DNA of 33,310 nt from Fibrobacterales bacterium (GTDB taxonomy: Bacteria > Fibrobacterota > Fibrobacteria > Fibrobacterales > JAOPTW01): NCBI GenBank assembly GCA_051532035.1, contig JAOPTW010000024.1:1-33310 (forward strand). The letters are read 5' to 3'. Each line of letters opens with the position of its first letter. Position 1 is the first letter of the stretch. The notes beneath the pieces are model-generated. The model saw only the letters and a program-made list of their open reading frames with translations, had not been told where the DNA came from and searched no databases. Shown here piece by piece: positions 1-10,650 of this stretch. Position numbers and translations under genes: made by a program.

Positions 1-287
1 ACTGCTATTTTAAATTATTATCATATAAAATACTAAAGACAGAATTGAGAATGTGTGCCTTTCTCACTTGTGCCCTTCATGAGTCTGTAGTTTTAATATA
101 TGTTCAGATTCAGTAAAAGCATAATAGATTGCATCTATTTGTCATAATTACATAAACTATACTTACAGTACGTTTAATACTCACTGCAATAATAATTACC
201 ACTTCTGGGGAGTGTAGCCCTGGACGGCAAAACTAAGGTCAAGGCTTGTATTAAAAAAAGGATTATTTCCTCTGTTCAGCTCCCCAC

Positions 288-1811
288 TTACTCTTGAATC
301 AGTAGATACAACCCAGTAGGAAGTGACTGCACCGGTACCACTCCTCCCTCTGCCTCAGACCCTGCATTCACTCCAGACTGCCAGACGGTACCATCGGGTG
401 AAACAATACTATACTTCAGTGTCTCTGGATTAAGCCTAACGACATTCGCCTTACCCTCTCTATAAATAAAAGGCACTGATTGAAGAGTAGGTCTCACCCG
501 TACTCCCTCTTTTAATGGCGCAATGCTCTCTTCTGAACTCATACTCTCCGAAGAAGGTGGCGGCATTTCTATACCCTCACTCGAAGAAGATTCAGGCAGT
601 TCTATATCCTCACTCAAAGAAGAGCTCTGAGTATCATCCATATCAGAAGAGGATTCATGCACCTCCATAGACGAGAGTTCAAGCACTGCTCCACTGGATT
701 GGGCAGGAGTATCAACCATCTCATCACCAATACCGTCACCTACGCCATCACCATCCCAATCAATATTTGGTCTCCCTGTAGGGTCATACGGGTCAGGATG
801 AGAGCTGAGCATTAAATCACGGACCCATTTTCCCGATACCGAAAGGTCATCATCTGTCCACCCACCAAATTCAGAGGCATGGGGCATTACGAAATTGGAC
901 GTTCTATTCGCATCATCAATATCTTTAATACTCCAACTCGCATAACTGATTCTATGATGGTTCATCCAATCGACCCACATATTTGCATGATGTAAATCAG
1001 GAGTATTCGGATAGACAATAGGATTATCCACCCCAAATTCAGTCATAAAAACCGGGAGCCCATTACTTATAGCATGATTAAAATTTCTATAGGCAGGGTC
1101 AGAATCATCAGGCATATTGTTACCTGCATACACGTGTATTGAATACATTACATTGGGGTCAACCTTATAGTCATAGGTCACCCATGCATCTTGGTCGATA
1201 ACCTCATGAGGCTCGGTATCATAAAACCCAGTCCCTGCAATAACCACATTATTGGGATCATTTGCACGAATAGCAACCAGCTGCCCTTCAGTATAATTTT
1301 TTATCTCTCCCCATGAATGATCGAGGGGCTCATTAAAGACTTCATAGATAATATTGGGGTAGTCACCATACTTCTCAGAAAAGTAACTGAAAAATGCCCA
1401 CGCATCATCACCATGATCGGTTGCGTGATGTCCATGCCAATCAATCATCACATAGATCCCTGCATTAATTGCGGCTTGAATAACCAACTCTGCCTGAGGA
1501 ACATCTTCATCAAAATCAAAATAATAGGTTCCGTCACCATCGCCTGCGCCGACGGGTACCCGTAGTACATCAATACGCCATTCTGTAGCGAGCCAATTTA
1601 CAAGCTCAGCATTCCAGTATCTCCCCGACCATTGATTCCAAAAAAGGCTTACCCCTTGGAGCTGTACCGAATTACCGTGCTCATCATGGAGATATCCATC
1701 AATCACCTGTAATTGCCCATGATCGTTAACCGGAGTAGCAGCAGTCGGTCTTACGGATAGTATAAGTACTATTACAGCGAATAAAAGTATACCGGTGTGA
1801 ATACGATGCAT
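288..1811 (-). CDS. Secreted glycoside hydrolase family 5 (cellulase/endoglucanase-like) with Ser-rich linker and C-terminal sorting-like domain
   Basis: Signal peptide; HGQLQV..QLQGVSLFW, IDWH, catalytic YEVFNEP and FMTEFG motifs; SSS-rich linker; C-terminal LPTGLYLL. Confidence 0.92.
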   Translation of the reverse strand: MHRIHTGILLFAVIVLILSVRPTAATPVNDHGQLQVIDGYLHDEHGNSVQLQGVSLFWNQWSGRYWNAELVNWLATEWRIDVLRVPVGAGDGDGTYYFDFDEDVPQAELVIQAAINAGIYVMIDWHGHHATDHGDDAWAFFSYFSEKYGDYPNIIYEVFNEPLDHSWGEIKNYTEGQLVAIRANDPNNVVIAGTGFYDTEPHEVIDQDAWVTYDYKVDPNVMYSIHVYAGNNMPDDSDPAYRNFNHAISNGLPVFMTEFGVDNPIVYPNTPDLHHANMWVDWMNHHRISYASWSIKDIDDANRTSNFVMPHASEFGGWTDDDLSVSGKWVRDLMLSSHPDPYDPTGRPNIDWDGDGVGDGIGDEMVDTPAQSSGAVLELSSMEVHESSSDMDDTQSSSLSEDIELPESSSSEGIEMPPPSSESMSSEESIAPLKEGVRVRPTLQSVPFIYREGKANVVRLNPETLKYSIVSPDGTVWQSGVNAGSEAEGGVVPVQSLPTGLYLLIQE

Positions 1812-2248
1812 GTGTGATCCCCCATTATTTTCCCCTTATTTAAACTATGTTATATTGTGGCAGGGAGATTACAATCAATGGGGTTTTGGGGATCAAATGT
1901 TGACCTGTGGTGACATTTGATGGCGGAATCAGCTGTTTTAGGCTGTAATTGAGGATTTTGTGGTGCTTGTTATTTGTTTGGTGGTAGCTTTTTCTCAAGA
2001 TACTATGAGGGTATAGGGTAATTCCTTTGCGTTTATTGGGAGTCATTATGAAGTCAGTGGGTTATGGATTTTTCAGAAGAGTTTGGGGTTATGGGGGTTA
2101 CATTTCAGTAGCCGATCGTAAGCTCTATGGCGCTGACATATACTTTTAGATGATTAAGCGGGCGTTTTGGTGTGAGACAAGGGGGGGGGAGTCAGGCTCG
2201 CACAACAAACTGCAAATGAAATCCGGAAATCGCAAAGTGTTTTTATAA

Positions 2249-3142
2249 TCAATAATGTTGTGCTGTATTGTCCTTTTTCTCAAGCATTTTCTCTAAAGCT
2301 CGTATCAGCCTCTTTGCTTTTGTATCCAATGGATCTTTAAACAAAATACTTTGATAATCACCAGTTTTTAATTGTCCTATTCCCTTATGCCAATCAATTA
2401 TAGGGGTGACAACAACAAATCCTAAAAAATTGCGGTTGCACAATTCGTCATTTAACTTTGTTAAATTCTTAATTATTGGTACGAGCAGATCTTGATAAGC
2501 CTTAAGGGTATTAAAATTTTTCGATGAATTCATATGTAATTTATTTAAACCTAGCATTCTATCACTGCTGACATATATAATTGAATACTCTTTAAAACCA
2601 TCTGTCTTTTTTTTCAGCTGTTCATATGCTTTTATACAATTTGATCTTAAATTCTTAATTTTCTGAGGGCGTTTACACTCTATCCTTAGATGATGGCCTT
2701 GAAAATCAACTTGTACATCATCCCAACCCTTTAATTCAGCACCAATTTCTAGATAATTTGATGCTACATCAAATTCAAAAAGTATATTACGTGGCTCTAT
2801 ATCCTTGCTACTATCACCTTCATTATAAAGACTCACGCTATTTTCATTTATTTTCCGTAGATCTTTCAAATGTATAATGTGTTTATTATGCTTTTTAAAT
2901 GATTCAAAAATGTTACTAATTTTAAATACATCATGTACTGGCCAAAATAAATCACTCGAATGGTAATCTTTAATAAGTTGATTGGTTTCTGGGTCAACCA
3001 TTCCATCAATATCATCCATACATTGACCTAAATAGTTTAAAAGATTAGCTGATAATTTATGATCTAAAGACTTGATCCAAGTTGATATTTCATCAAATCT
3101 TTTCTTAATCTCAACAACTGTTTTTTGGCTCATATTTAACAC
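2249..3142 (-). CDS. Cassette gene: hypothetical protein with PD-(D/E)XK nuclease-like motif
   Basis: 297-aa AT-rich ORF; RNILFEFDVA...DDVQV...RIECKRP motif; starts ~30 bp after the attC crossover at 3176 (ATG at 3133 is an alternative start). Confidence 0.7.
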   Translation of the reverse strand: MLNMSQKTVVEIKKRFDEISTWIKSLDHKLSANLLNYLGQCMDDIDGMVDPETNQLIKDYHSSDLFWPVHDVFKISNIFESFKKHNKHIIHLKDLRKINENSVSLYNEGDSSKDIEPRNILFEFDVASNYLEIGAELKGWDDVQVDFQGHHLRIECKRPQKIKNLRSNCIKAYEQLKKKTDGFKEYSIIYVSSDRMLGLNKLHMNSSKNFNTLKAYQDLLVPIIKNLTKLNDELCNRNFLGFVVVTPIIDWHKGIGQLKTGDYQSILFKDPLDTKAKRLIRALEKMLEKKDNTAQHY

Positions 3143-3169
3143 TAACGTTTAACTCAGTTCAAATATAAT

Positions 3170-3241
3170 AATCAACGCTCGAAAACGGCAGTGGTGAATT
3201 CCATATATATGGGAATTCATTGATGCCTTTTCTTGTTGTAG
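3170..3241 (-). mobile_element. attC-like site (family A)
   Basis: + strand AATCAAC-GCTC-GAAAACGGCAGTGGTGAATTCC..GGGAATTCATTGATGCCTTTTC-TT-GTTGTAG: AAC...GTT box pair around an imperfect hairpin, 17 bp after the stop of ORF 3259..5262. Confidence 0.85.
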
Positions 3242-3258
3242 CTAGTTTTTCTACTAAA

Positions 3259-5262
3259 TCAAATTATCTCCTCAGACATTCGCCTTTCAACAATACTTTC
3301 TACCATAGCTTGGCGACTAATACTTTTTTTAGTAATCCATGGCTTAGATATTGTGAAAGATGTTATGAACCAAATAGTCACACTAACTGCCAAACCAATT
3401 ATATATGATTGAAAAACATCAGGCTTACCTAAAGAGTCAAGGTTTGAACTTCCATATAAGTAAATGCCTACAGCTGTTAACAACAGGAGCCCAATTGGTA
3501 TTAGGAAATACAAGAAAAGTTTATTTTTGAAAATTTGCCTGTCTATTTTCTCATATTCTTCATTTTCAAACTTAACTTTTATCGATTTTCTCAGTAAACC
3601 TATCTCATCTTTTTGTTTTGACAACTCATTATTGGCCAATTTTAAATCGTTCTTATTATCGTTTAGTTCATCCATTAATTTTAATTTTGAACCCTGAAAT
3701 TGTCTACTTAAATCAAGGCTAATTTCAGCTTCACTTTTCCCTATGCACCTGTTTCTATGAACAGATCTAGCAATATTTAAAAGTTCTTCATCGGGGAGTT
3801 GGTTAATTTGATGCTCAGTCTCTAGCATTTTAGAAAGATCTTCAATTTTAAATATATCTTTATCCGGAACTAAATTTGATCGTATCATTGTAGCAAATAA
3901 ACTTGAACAATCAGATGGATTTATATCCACTCCTCCAGAATCGAGGGCTAGCATGCTTATCAGAGTTTCAAGTCTAATCGCAAATGGCAAATCTTTTAAA
4001 TTAGGTTTTAACTTAGCGTATTCATTAATTGAGAAATCTTGAGTAAGTAAAAAACATTTTTCTTCATTTCGAATATACTCAGTTCCGGCAATTAAACCTG
4101 AATCGTGATTAAGTTGATTGGATGATTTTTCACGCTTAGATTTTTGTTTAAAAATGTCATTTAATTCAGCTTTTTTTTCTGCACTTTCTCTTGCTTCTTT
4201 AATTGTACGTTCTAAAGCTACATCAGTATCAAATACTTCTATTAAATGTTTGTCGTGGATATAATCAGGTACATCCAATACCTCATCAAAAAAGCGAACT
4301 AAATCATCTAAACTGGTACATTTTCTTGAAATTGCAGACTGAATATAATCATCATCTATTTCCTTGAAAACGTCAAAGGAGTATTTTTCAAACAAATTTA
4401 ACACAGTCCCCCTCTTTGCCGATATTGCATTTACATATTCATCTCGGGTTTGATAAAAATAACCAGCCTTAATATTTAAAAGAGAAAAAGTTATATCAAT
4501 CTTTTCAAATGATTCTGAGAATGAGCTGCCCTCTAAACCAATATTCATGAGAATATTTGTATCAAGTACACACTTAGAATTTGAAAATGCTTTTACTGAT
4601 AAATTATCAGCTCCTAATGATGAAGTTACTAATGTTGAAGCAAATGAAGACACTCCAAACTCCCAAAGATATGAATTTACATCAGGTTCATTTGTGGAAA
4701 TAAATGTAAGGAACTTTGATTTTAACTCATCAATATCTTCATTCAAAATCCTTGTATGTTTTCTTGAAGTAGATTTTATTAGATCTGCAATATTTGTATG
4801 GTTGCGTTTGATAATATTTGAGGTGGTATAACATAGGTCTGAAATCCAATCCGCAGTATATGAGTTGAAAAAACTAATTGATATACTTGTTAGCCAGTCT
4901 TTTATTGTTTCTTCGGAATAAGATATAGGACTAAAATATTTACTAATTATTCTTTTCGTACGTTCATCTGATTCATCAATAGCTTTTTTAATTTTTTTTA
5001 TTTTTGAGCTAGAGAGATAATAATCTTTTTTCTTCAGTTTTACATTGTTTTCTTTGACAAGGCCTTCAAGGACATTATTGATTTTACCTATACCCAATTT
5101 GGTTTTGAAAACATTATTAACTTTACTACGTAATTCATCTATCTTAAGGCGATTTCCTTCATTGTAAAGTATTTTAATAATTAATTGACCCAGTGAATTA
5201 TTAGCCAAAGATTGAGAGTTTGTATCTATTTGTAGATATAAAGACTTAAGGTCATTTTTCAT
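3259..5262 (-). CDS. Cassette gene: PIN-like domain protein with coiled coil and 2 C-terminal TM helices
   Basis: VLDTNILM, NHDSGLI and FLLTQDF motifs typical of the PIN fold; two hydrophobic segments near the C-terminus; flanked by attC sites; AGGAA RBS. Confidence 0.75.
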   Translation of the reverse strand: MKNDLKSLYLQIDTNSQSLANNSLGQLIIKILYNEGNRLKIDELRSKVNNVFKTKLGIGKINNVLEGLVKENNVKLKKKDYYLSSSKIKKIKKAIDESDERTKRIISKYFSPISYSEETIKDWLTSISISFFNSYTADWISDLCYTTSNIIKRNHTNIADLIKSTSRKHTRILNEDIDELKSKFLTFISTNEPDVNSYLWEFGVSSFASTLVTSSLGADNLSVKAFSNSKCVLDTNILMNIGLEGSSFSESFEKIDITFSLLNIKAGYFYQTRDEYVNAISAKRGTVLNLFEKYSFDVFKEIDDDYIQSAISRKCTSLDDLVRFFDEVLDVPDYIHDKHLIEVFDTDVALERTIKEARESAEKKAELNDIFKQKSKREKSSNQLNHDSGLIAGTEYIRNEEKCFLLTQDFSINEYAKLKPNLKDLPFAIRLETLISMLALDSGGVDINPSDCSSLFATMIRSNLVPDKDIFKIEDLSKMLETEHQINQLPDEELLNIARSVHRNRCIGKSEAEISLDLSRQFQGSKLKLMDELNDNKNDLKLANNELSKQKDEIGLLRKSIKVKFENEEYEKIDRQIFKNKLFLYFLIPIGLLLLTAVGIYLYGSSNLDSLGKPDVFQSYIIGLAVSVTIWFITSFTISKPWITKKSISRQAMVESIVERRMSEEII

Positions 5263-5283
5263 TTTTTAATTCCTAATTAACTT

Positions 5284-5356
5284 ATACAACGTTTGCGTAC
5301 CAGTATGCATTTATTCCCATCTTTAGGGGAATTATTGCATACTCACGCTGTTGTGT
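5284..5356 (-). mobile_element. attC-like site (family B)
   Basis: ATACAAC-GTTT-GCGT..AGTATGCATTTATTCCC..GGGGAATTATTGCATACT..ACGC-T-GTTGTGT hairpin; the minus strand ends ...CAAAC|GTT as in typical attC sites. Confidence 0.87.
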
Positions 5357-5434
5357 AAAGTAGCTGGGGGTTATTTAGAATTTTCATTTCTATTCTTTTC
5401 CGTGGTCTATTATTAAGGTCATTTACATTTAACA

Positions 5435-7096
5435 CTATGTAAGAGCTAATATTTTCGACCTATTTGTGTCCTGAATTAAATCAACCCTTTCTTTATATAA
5501 GGTACGTATAGCTTTCAATGCTACATCCAAAGACTTGTCCCTGTATTCAATCGCTTGTTCCCATGTTAAATCTTTTACACCATGTACTAGTTTACTTCGT
5601 ATATTATAGTATTCAACAACAAGCTTGTGTAAGGCACTTCTATCCTCCTCAGTTTTTCCTAATAATTTTGCTATGGAGATAGATATTCTAAAACTTAATT
5701 CGGCATTTCCACCAAATAAGTTTTCCCACGCAATAATAGTATCTATAAATCCATCAATAGGATCAATTCGGTTATTTATTGCGGATAGAATTCTTCGAAT
5801 GGCTAATCTTATTTTTTCATCTTTTGTTTTTCTCACTAAATTACACCACATTACCAATTCTTCTCTTTCTTCGTTAGCTTGAAGGATGTGGTGATTTACA
5901 GGTGACCTAGGATTTGAGTTCCATGACAGACTAGCACCATGACTAAATGGGTCAAATACCATAGTCCATGCGCGTGTTATACCAACAGGTGGAGTCCTAC
6001 TACACGCTAATGAAAAACATAACGACAAATTTTCAGTTAGTCTTTCTAATCTAGATCTTGCTTGATCTAATTCTTTTGGCCATTTCTCGTTTTGGTCTGT
6101 ACTATTGAAATTAATTTTATAAGAATAAGTAGATTCAAGAACAAAAGATAGCTGGTATTTTTTTCCGTTAATATTTGTAGTTGGTGACCTATTAGGAGCT
6201 AACTCTGACATCCCTTCAAAAGCTGGTCGTATAATCCCAAAGTCAGTTTCTATGTTTCCAATATCATCCATAGATAAATTGTTAAACCCTAAAAACACCG
6301 GTACTTCTACAACGCCTCCCTTGATACAATGTCGCATAGTAGAAATTGTATATTCTGCCGCATTAGCTAATTCTTCTAAGCTAAAATGACCCCTCATTCT
6401 CATTAATTCAAACGAATTTACTAAAATCATGGATGGTAGGGAAGCTAGCTGAAGACCGCCTCCTTGGCCAGTTGACGCTCTATAAGAGCCATATGTATCA
6501 ATATCATTTTCACCAACCTTATCAAATATTGAAGATATTATTTCATCTTCCATTAACTGTTTGCATAATAATTTGTATTCGGGGAGAGAGTAAATTGTAG
6601 TGCCAATGTTCCTATCTAGCTTATTAAAATAAGATCCATTATTTTTTACAACAATTAAGAACAATGGATATACCATGGAAGCGATTCTATTAATCAATTT
6701 AACTATAGGATCATGATTGTCATAAACCTCAATTTCCCCTCCCATTTGTTCATGCCAAAGATTAAAAAGATGTTTTCCATCAATAAAAATTTTTGGTAAT
6801 CTATGAAATACAGAGAAATCAACATCATTACTATCAATCCCTTGCATTCGCAATTCCCTACATATGTCAATAAACTGATCAAGAATGTTTATTTGGCATT
6901 TAGTAAGGGTGATTTTTGAGTTTAATATATCTTCTGCATTTTCCTCAGATACATTTAGAATATATGCAATTATTCTGTGCCCCATGCTTTTTATAAACAA
7001 TGGGATTTTTACTTCTTCCATAAGTCGTCCTTTAATCAGCTTCGTCAATAACCCCAATTTAAAAATTAATGCTAGTCTCAGGATTAAATTATCCAT
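5435..7096 (-). CDS. Cassette gene: HEPN-domain protein (ApeA-like HEPN)
   Basis: C-terminal IIAWENLFG..ELSFRISI..YYNIRSKLVHG (RxxxxH motif); probable start ATG at 7021 after AAAGGA. Confidence 0.8.
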   Translation of the reverse strand: MDNLILRLALIFKLGLLTKLIKGRLMEEVKIPLFIKSMGHRIIAYILNVSEENAEDILNSKITLTKCQINILDQFIDICRELRMQGIDSNDVDFSVFHRLPKIFIDGKHLFNLWHEQMGGEIEVYDNHDPIVKLINRIASMVYPLFLIVVKNNGSYFNKLDRNIGTTIYSLPEYKLLCKQLMEDEIISSIFDKVGENDIDTYGSYRASTGQGGGLQLASLPSMILVNSFELMRMRGHFSLEELANAAEYTISTMRHCIKGGVVEVPVFLGFNNLSMDDIGNIETDFGIIRPAFEGMSELAPNRSPTTNINGKKYQLSFVLESTYSYKINFNSTDQNEKWPKELDQARSRLERLTENLSLCFSLACSRTPPVGITRAWTMVFDPFSHGASLSWNSNPRSPVNHHILQANEEREELVMWCNLVRKTKDEKIRLAIRRILSAINNRIDPIDGFIDTIIAWENLFGGNAELSFRISISIAKLLGKTEEDRSALHKLVVEYYNIRSKLVHGVKDLTWEQAIEYRDKSLDVALKAIRTLYKERVDLIQDTNRSKILALT

Positions 7097-7135
7097 TCTA
7101 TTTTAGAAATGAATTTTCCTACCCCCAGTTATTTT

Positions 7136-7190
7136 ACACAACTATTTGTGTCAGCAAAAATGCATACTTATCCGCCATTCAATAAAAGGT
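7136..7190 (-). mobile_element. attI-like site copy 1
   Basis: Minus strand ..ATAAGTATGCATTTTTGCTGACACAAATA|GTTGTGTAAA; homology with the copies at 11439 and 25769 ends at GTT; downstream sequence is the inverted match of the R'' side of attC 5284-5356; no hairpin. Confidence 0.75.
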
Positions 7191-7351
7191 AGCAATACTA
7201 ACAATCACCCTCATATCCTAGAAGCAAGCACTAAAGAACCTACTTCATTTCAAACCACCAAGAAGTACACAGCAAAATAAAAACAAAAAGCCTACCCCAC
7301 AATAGCCCAAAAGTACTAGCCCCCCCCTCCACTACCCCATTCTACCCCAAA

Positions 7352-7385
7352 ACAAAAAAGCACCCATCCCGAAAGATGAGTGCTT
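7352..7385 (-). terminator. Rho-independent terminator (duplicate of the PLD operon terminator)
   Basis: AAGCACTCATC-TTTCGG-GATGGGTGCTT followed by a T-run on the minus strand. Confidence 0.75.
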
Positions 7386-7430
7386 GATGATAAAAGAGGG
7401 AGAATAGGGTCCCCCCCTTCTTACAAAAAT

Positions 7431-7613
7431 CTATGTATTAAACCGCTCAATCTCCTCACGACACCCAACAGCAACCTCCCGCTGCCTCGCCCGTGCAACC
7501 GCATTATCCTCAAACACATCACCCACAATAACAATATTCTCATCGTTAGTTCTGTTAGCAGGCTCTGTATAATTAAACGACCCAAAGATAGTGACCGCAT
7601 CATTAATCGCCAT
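7431..7613 (-). pseudogene. Duplicated 3' fragment of the PLD gene (last 60 codons)
   Basis: MAINDAVTIFGSFNYTEPANRTNDENIV...IERFNT is nearly identical to the C-terminus of 11658..12698. Confidence 0.9.
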
Positions 7614-7794
7614 GAGTCTGTACTGACGTTTAACTAGGCCACTTTTTTTAATATGCAGGCATCAATATGCGCCCTATAATACGATTATTTTTATTGCAAA
7701 GAAACGTCAACTTTCCAGAAGTCGGGGGCTCATTAACATTGTCGTTGATCATTTTCTAGGTTTTATTGGGAAATCATTTACGGCTTATTTACAA

Positions 7795-8901
7795 ATGACT
7801 GACAAAGAGTGCGTATTACACATCACAAATGAAATATCCCTTGGCAAATTAGAATCTCAATCACAGCAATATTACAGAAAACATATTCTTTCCATATGGG
7901 CGGACTTTAAAAAAAACCTTTCAAAAAATCATAAATGTTTTTGGAAAGGATGCAATTCTATAAATACGATTTCAGCACATACCATTAGCAATGCAAATTG
8001 TATTCAAGGATTAGCTGATGACACTAATCACATTAGAACTCCAGCTTATCATATTTTCGATCCTGAGATTAAAATAAAGATCATCGGAATAAATAAGTCA
8101 TCTGTATTTCAGGGCTTTTGTGAAACACATGACAACTTGTTTCAGAATATTGATTCTGTTCACGACGTTCCTACGGAGGATCTTGCTAAGTTCCAACCAT
8201 ATAGGTCACTTTGTAAGGAAATATTTGATTATGAACATTATCTTCAATACTCTGAAAAAACTAATAGACACTGGAAAGAGCTCATTAACAATGAGGCCAA
8301 TATTAAATTACAAGAATATAGAAGACTAAATAATAGTGATTCAGTTAACTATATTCAATTTTTTGATGATAGCCACTTGTATCCTGAACAGCATAAGGCG
8401 AGCAATGATTATTTGCATCATTTAAATGACATTAAAGATAATATGGATAGATTTTACAGCGGTAAATTTGAAAGCCAACCCATGTTTAGAGGTGTGACGT
8501 TACCACTCTCGCTACCAGTAGCACTAAGTGGATGGACACAATACCAATTTGATGACAGTAATTCCATATTATTTTCATTGAATGTAATTCCATACGAAGA
8601 AAAAACATTTGTATTTATCACATCTTATAATGAAGAAGCAGAACGCTTTAAAGCAGTTGTAAACGAATGTTTTAAAAATCCTGTTCATACCATTGAATTC
8701 ATAGAACACTTTATGATAAGAGGTACAGATAATTGGTTTTTATCTCCAAGGCATTGGAACCAAATGACTGATGAAGAAAAAGTAGACTTACAAAAGAGCA
8801 TGCATTTCTCACCGCATTTCATTTATCATAAAAAAGAAATCGACCTATTCAAAATGGAAAAGAAAATCTTAAACAATGCTTCTTTCATAATGCCCACCTA
8901 G
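7795..8901 (+). CDS. Hypothetical protein with Zn-binding HNH-like N-terminal region
   Basis: C-x4-C...SAHTIS...FQGFCETHDNLF motif; 368-aa AT-rich ORF. Confidence 0.7.
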   Translation: MTDKECVLHITNEISLGKLESQSQQYYRKHILSIWADFKKNLSKNHKCFWKGCNSINTISAHTISNANCIQGLADDTNHIRTPAYHIFDPEIKIKIIGINKSSVFQGFCETHDNLFQNIDSVHDVPTEDLAKFQPYRSLCKEIFDYEHYLQYSEKTNRHWKELINNEANIKLQEYRRLNNSDSVNYIQFFDDSHLYPEQHKASNDYLHHLNDIKDNMDRFYSGKFESQPMFRGVTLPLSLPVALSGWTQYQFDDSNSILFSLNVIPYEEKTFVFITSYNEEAERFKAVVNECFKNPVHTIEFIEHFMIRGTDNWFLSPRHWNQMTDEEKVDLQKSMHFSPHFIYHKKEIDLFKMEKKILNNASFIMPT

Positions 8902-9061
8902 AACACCTTTGCAAACTAAGAATGAGCTGAGTCGTCCAATCAAAAAGCCGGGTCTCCTCAACCAAAATGTTTCCATATAAAAGTTATACATAAGGTCTAT
9001 CCAGTTCACAGATGTTCATTTACATTAGAAAGAACATAATGAGAGTTCTTAAAACTTTCAG

Positions 9062-10618
9062 TTGCTATATTATCATATTATATTGAAGGAATTAATCATG
9101 TTCGAACACAAAAAACAGTCTAATTCTCAAAAAATTGGTGATTTTGGTGAAGCCGATTTTATAAAATGGGCTACACGAAAGTCAATAAACCTTGCTAAAC
9201 CACTAACAGATTATGGATTTGATTTTCATGGTCATTTGATTGAAGATAACATTGTAACTGGTAAAATGATTAATGTGCAATGTAAATCGAATGAACAAAA
9301 TAAAAAAGATAAAACGTTTGTACTACATAGAAGTGACGCAACATTATACCTTGCTTCAAACCTACCTATATGCATTGCTGGGATGGATGTAGTAAATGAA
9401 GAAATTTTTGCATGGATTATAGATGAAGAACTAGTTAATATGTTGGTTAAGTTCCTAAAGACAACAAATGAAACTATAACTGTGCATTTTAGTCAATTGA
9501 ACCATGCTGACATTATAGCAGAAAAGATATCAGAAGCAACTAAATCTAGCTACATGTCATACATTAAGAACCTGTGCTTAGAACAGATTTGTGGCCCCAA
9601 TGTCTATGTTGAGTCTATGAATTGCGGCAAGTCTTCTCGCATAATATTTCACACAAATTTTTTAACCAACATAGTTAAACCAGAATCTTTATTTGGAAAA
9701 GACGATAACGAAAAACTAGAAGACATAATCAACATAAGTGTTTTAAGTGCACTTTCAGAGCTTAATATATCACATGATGAATTTCTAATTACAGGTGAAG
9801 TTGGTAGAACATTAGAAATTGGTGCTAAACCAGGCTCTCCCACAACAACTGTCTTAATGTACCCATCTGAAGGAAATACATGCTATAGATTTAAAAGTGG
9901 TATATGTATCTGGATCCGAGAGGTAATTAAAAAGAAAAGGAAGTACAGCCATAAAATTGAGGTTACCGCTGAGCATTCACCTTATAACATAGTTTCATGC
10001 TATGAAGATTTTTATGCATTGGAAATAATTATTGCAAGTGGTGAATTATATATAGATGGTAAAGATTATTCCAAAATACTAAATGCAGCCAAACTTCTTG
10101 CATGTTATTTTGAATATATGGAAACAGTTATACTTGCTCATGAAAAAGGAGTGATATCCTTTGAAGGGGTTGACTTAAAAAGCATTGAAACTAGAGGTGA
10201 TTTTATAACAATCGGAGTAATCTCTAAACTTATAACCACAGACAACATGAATAGCATTATACCAGGTATATATCTTACATATACTGAATCTGATAAAGAT
10301 TTTCATATTAATCACACAATCGGGGATGAATTAAAAAGAGCTATTATACCAATGCCATTTACAATTGCAGGCAAAAGTTACATTGGTAATATTACATGTA
10401 CATTTTATTTTGTTTACAATTCAACAAATGAAATTGTGGGTATGCAATTTGACAAAAGAGAAAAATTTGAAGTAAAAGAGGAAAATTCTATTGGAAAATA
10501 TGATTATCCAGAGCTTTGGACTTATAAAAATTGGCCTTCGTTTTCAATGACTTATGAGGCAAGCCATATTAGTGAAATTAAACCAGACAGGAAGCATTCA
10601 ATGATTATTATTGATTAA
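9062..10618 (+). CDS. DUF4365-like (PD-(D/E)XK nuclease) domain protein
   Basis: IGDFGE...DYGFDF...NVQCKS motif; probable start ATG 9098 after GAAGGA. Confidence 0.78.
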   Translation: MLYYHIILKELIMFEHKKQSNSQKIGDFGEADFIKWATRKSINLAKPLTDYGFDFHGHLIEDNIVTGKMINVQCKSNEQNKKDKTFVLHRSDATLYLASNLPICIAGMDVVNEEIFAWIIDEELVNMLVKFLKTTNETITVHFSQLNHADIIAEKISEATKSSYMSYIKNLCLEQICGPNVYVESMNCGKSSRIIFHTNFLTNIVKPESLFGKDDNEKLEDIINISVLSALSELNISHDEFLITGEVGRTLEIGAKPGSPTTTVLMYPSEGNTCYRFKSGICIWIREVIKKKRKYSHKIEVTAEHSPYNIVSCYEDFYALEIIIASGELYIDGKDYSKILNAAKLLACYFEYMETVILAHEKGVISFEGVDLKSIETRGDFITIGVISKLITTDNMNSIIPGIYLTYTESDKDFHINHTIGDELKRAIIPMPFTIAGKSYIGNITCTFYFVYNSTNEIVGMQFDKREKFEVKEENSIGKYDYPELWTYKNWPSFSMTYEASHISEIKPDRKHSMIIID

Positions 10619-10650
10619 TCTATTGAAAATGATAGATATAAACAACTCAA

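Noticed and set aside
1840..2046. 68-aa ORF, or inverted distant copy of the attI flank
   Set aside because: Similarity to 7180-7350 is only compositional, and the ORF has no supporting features.
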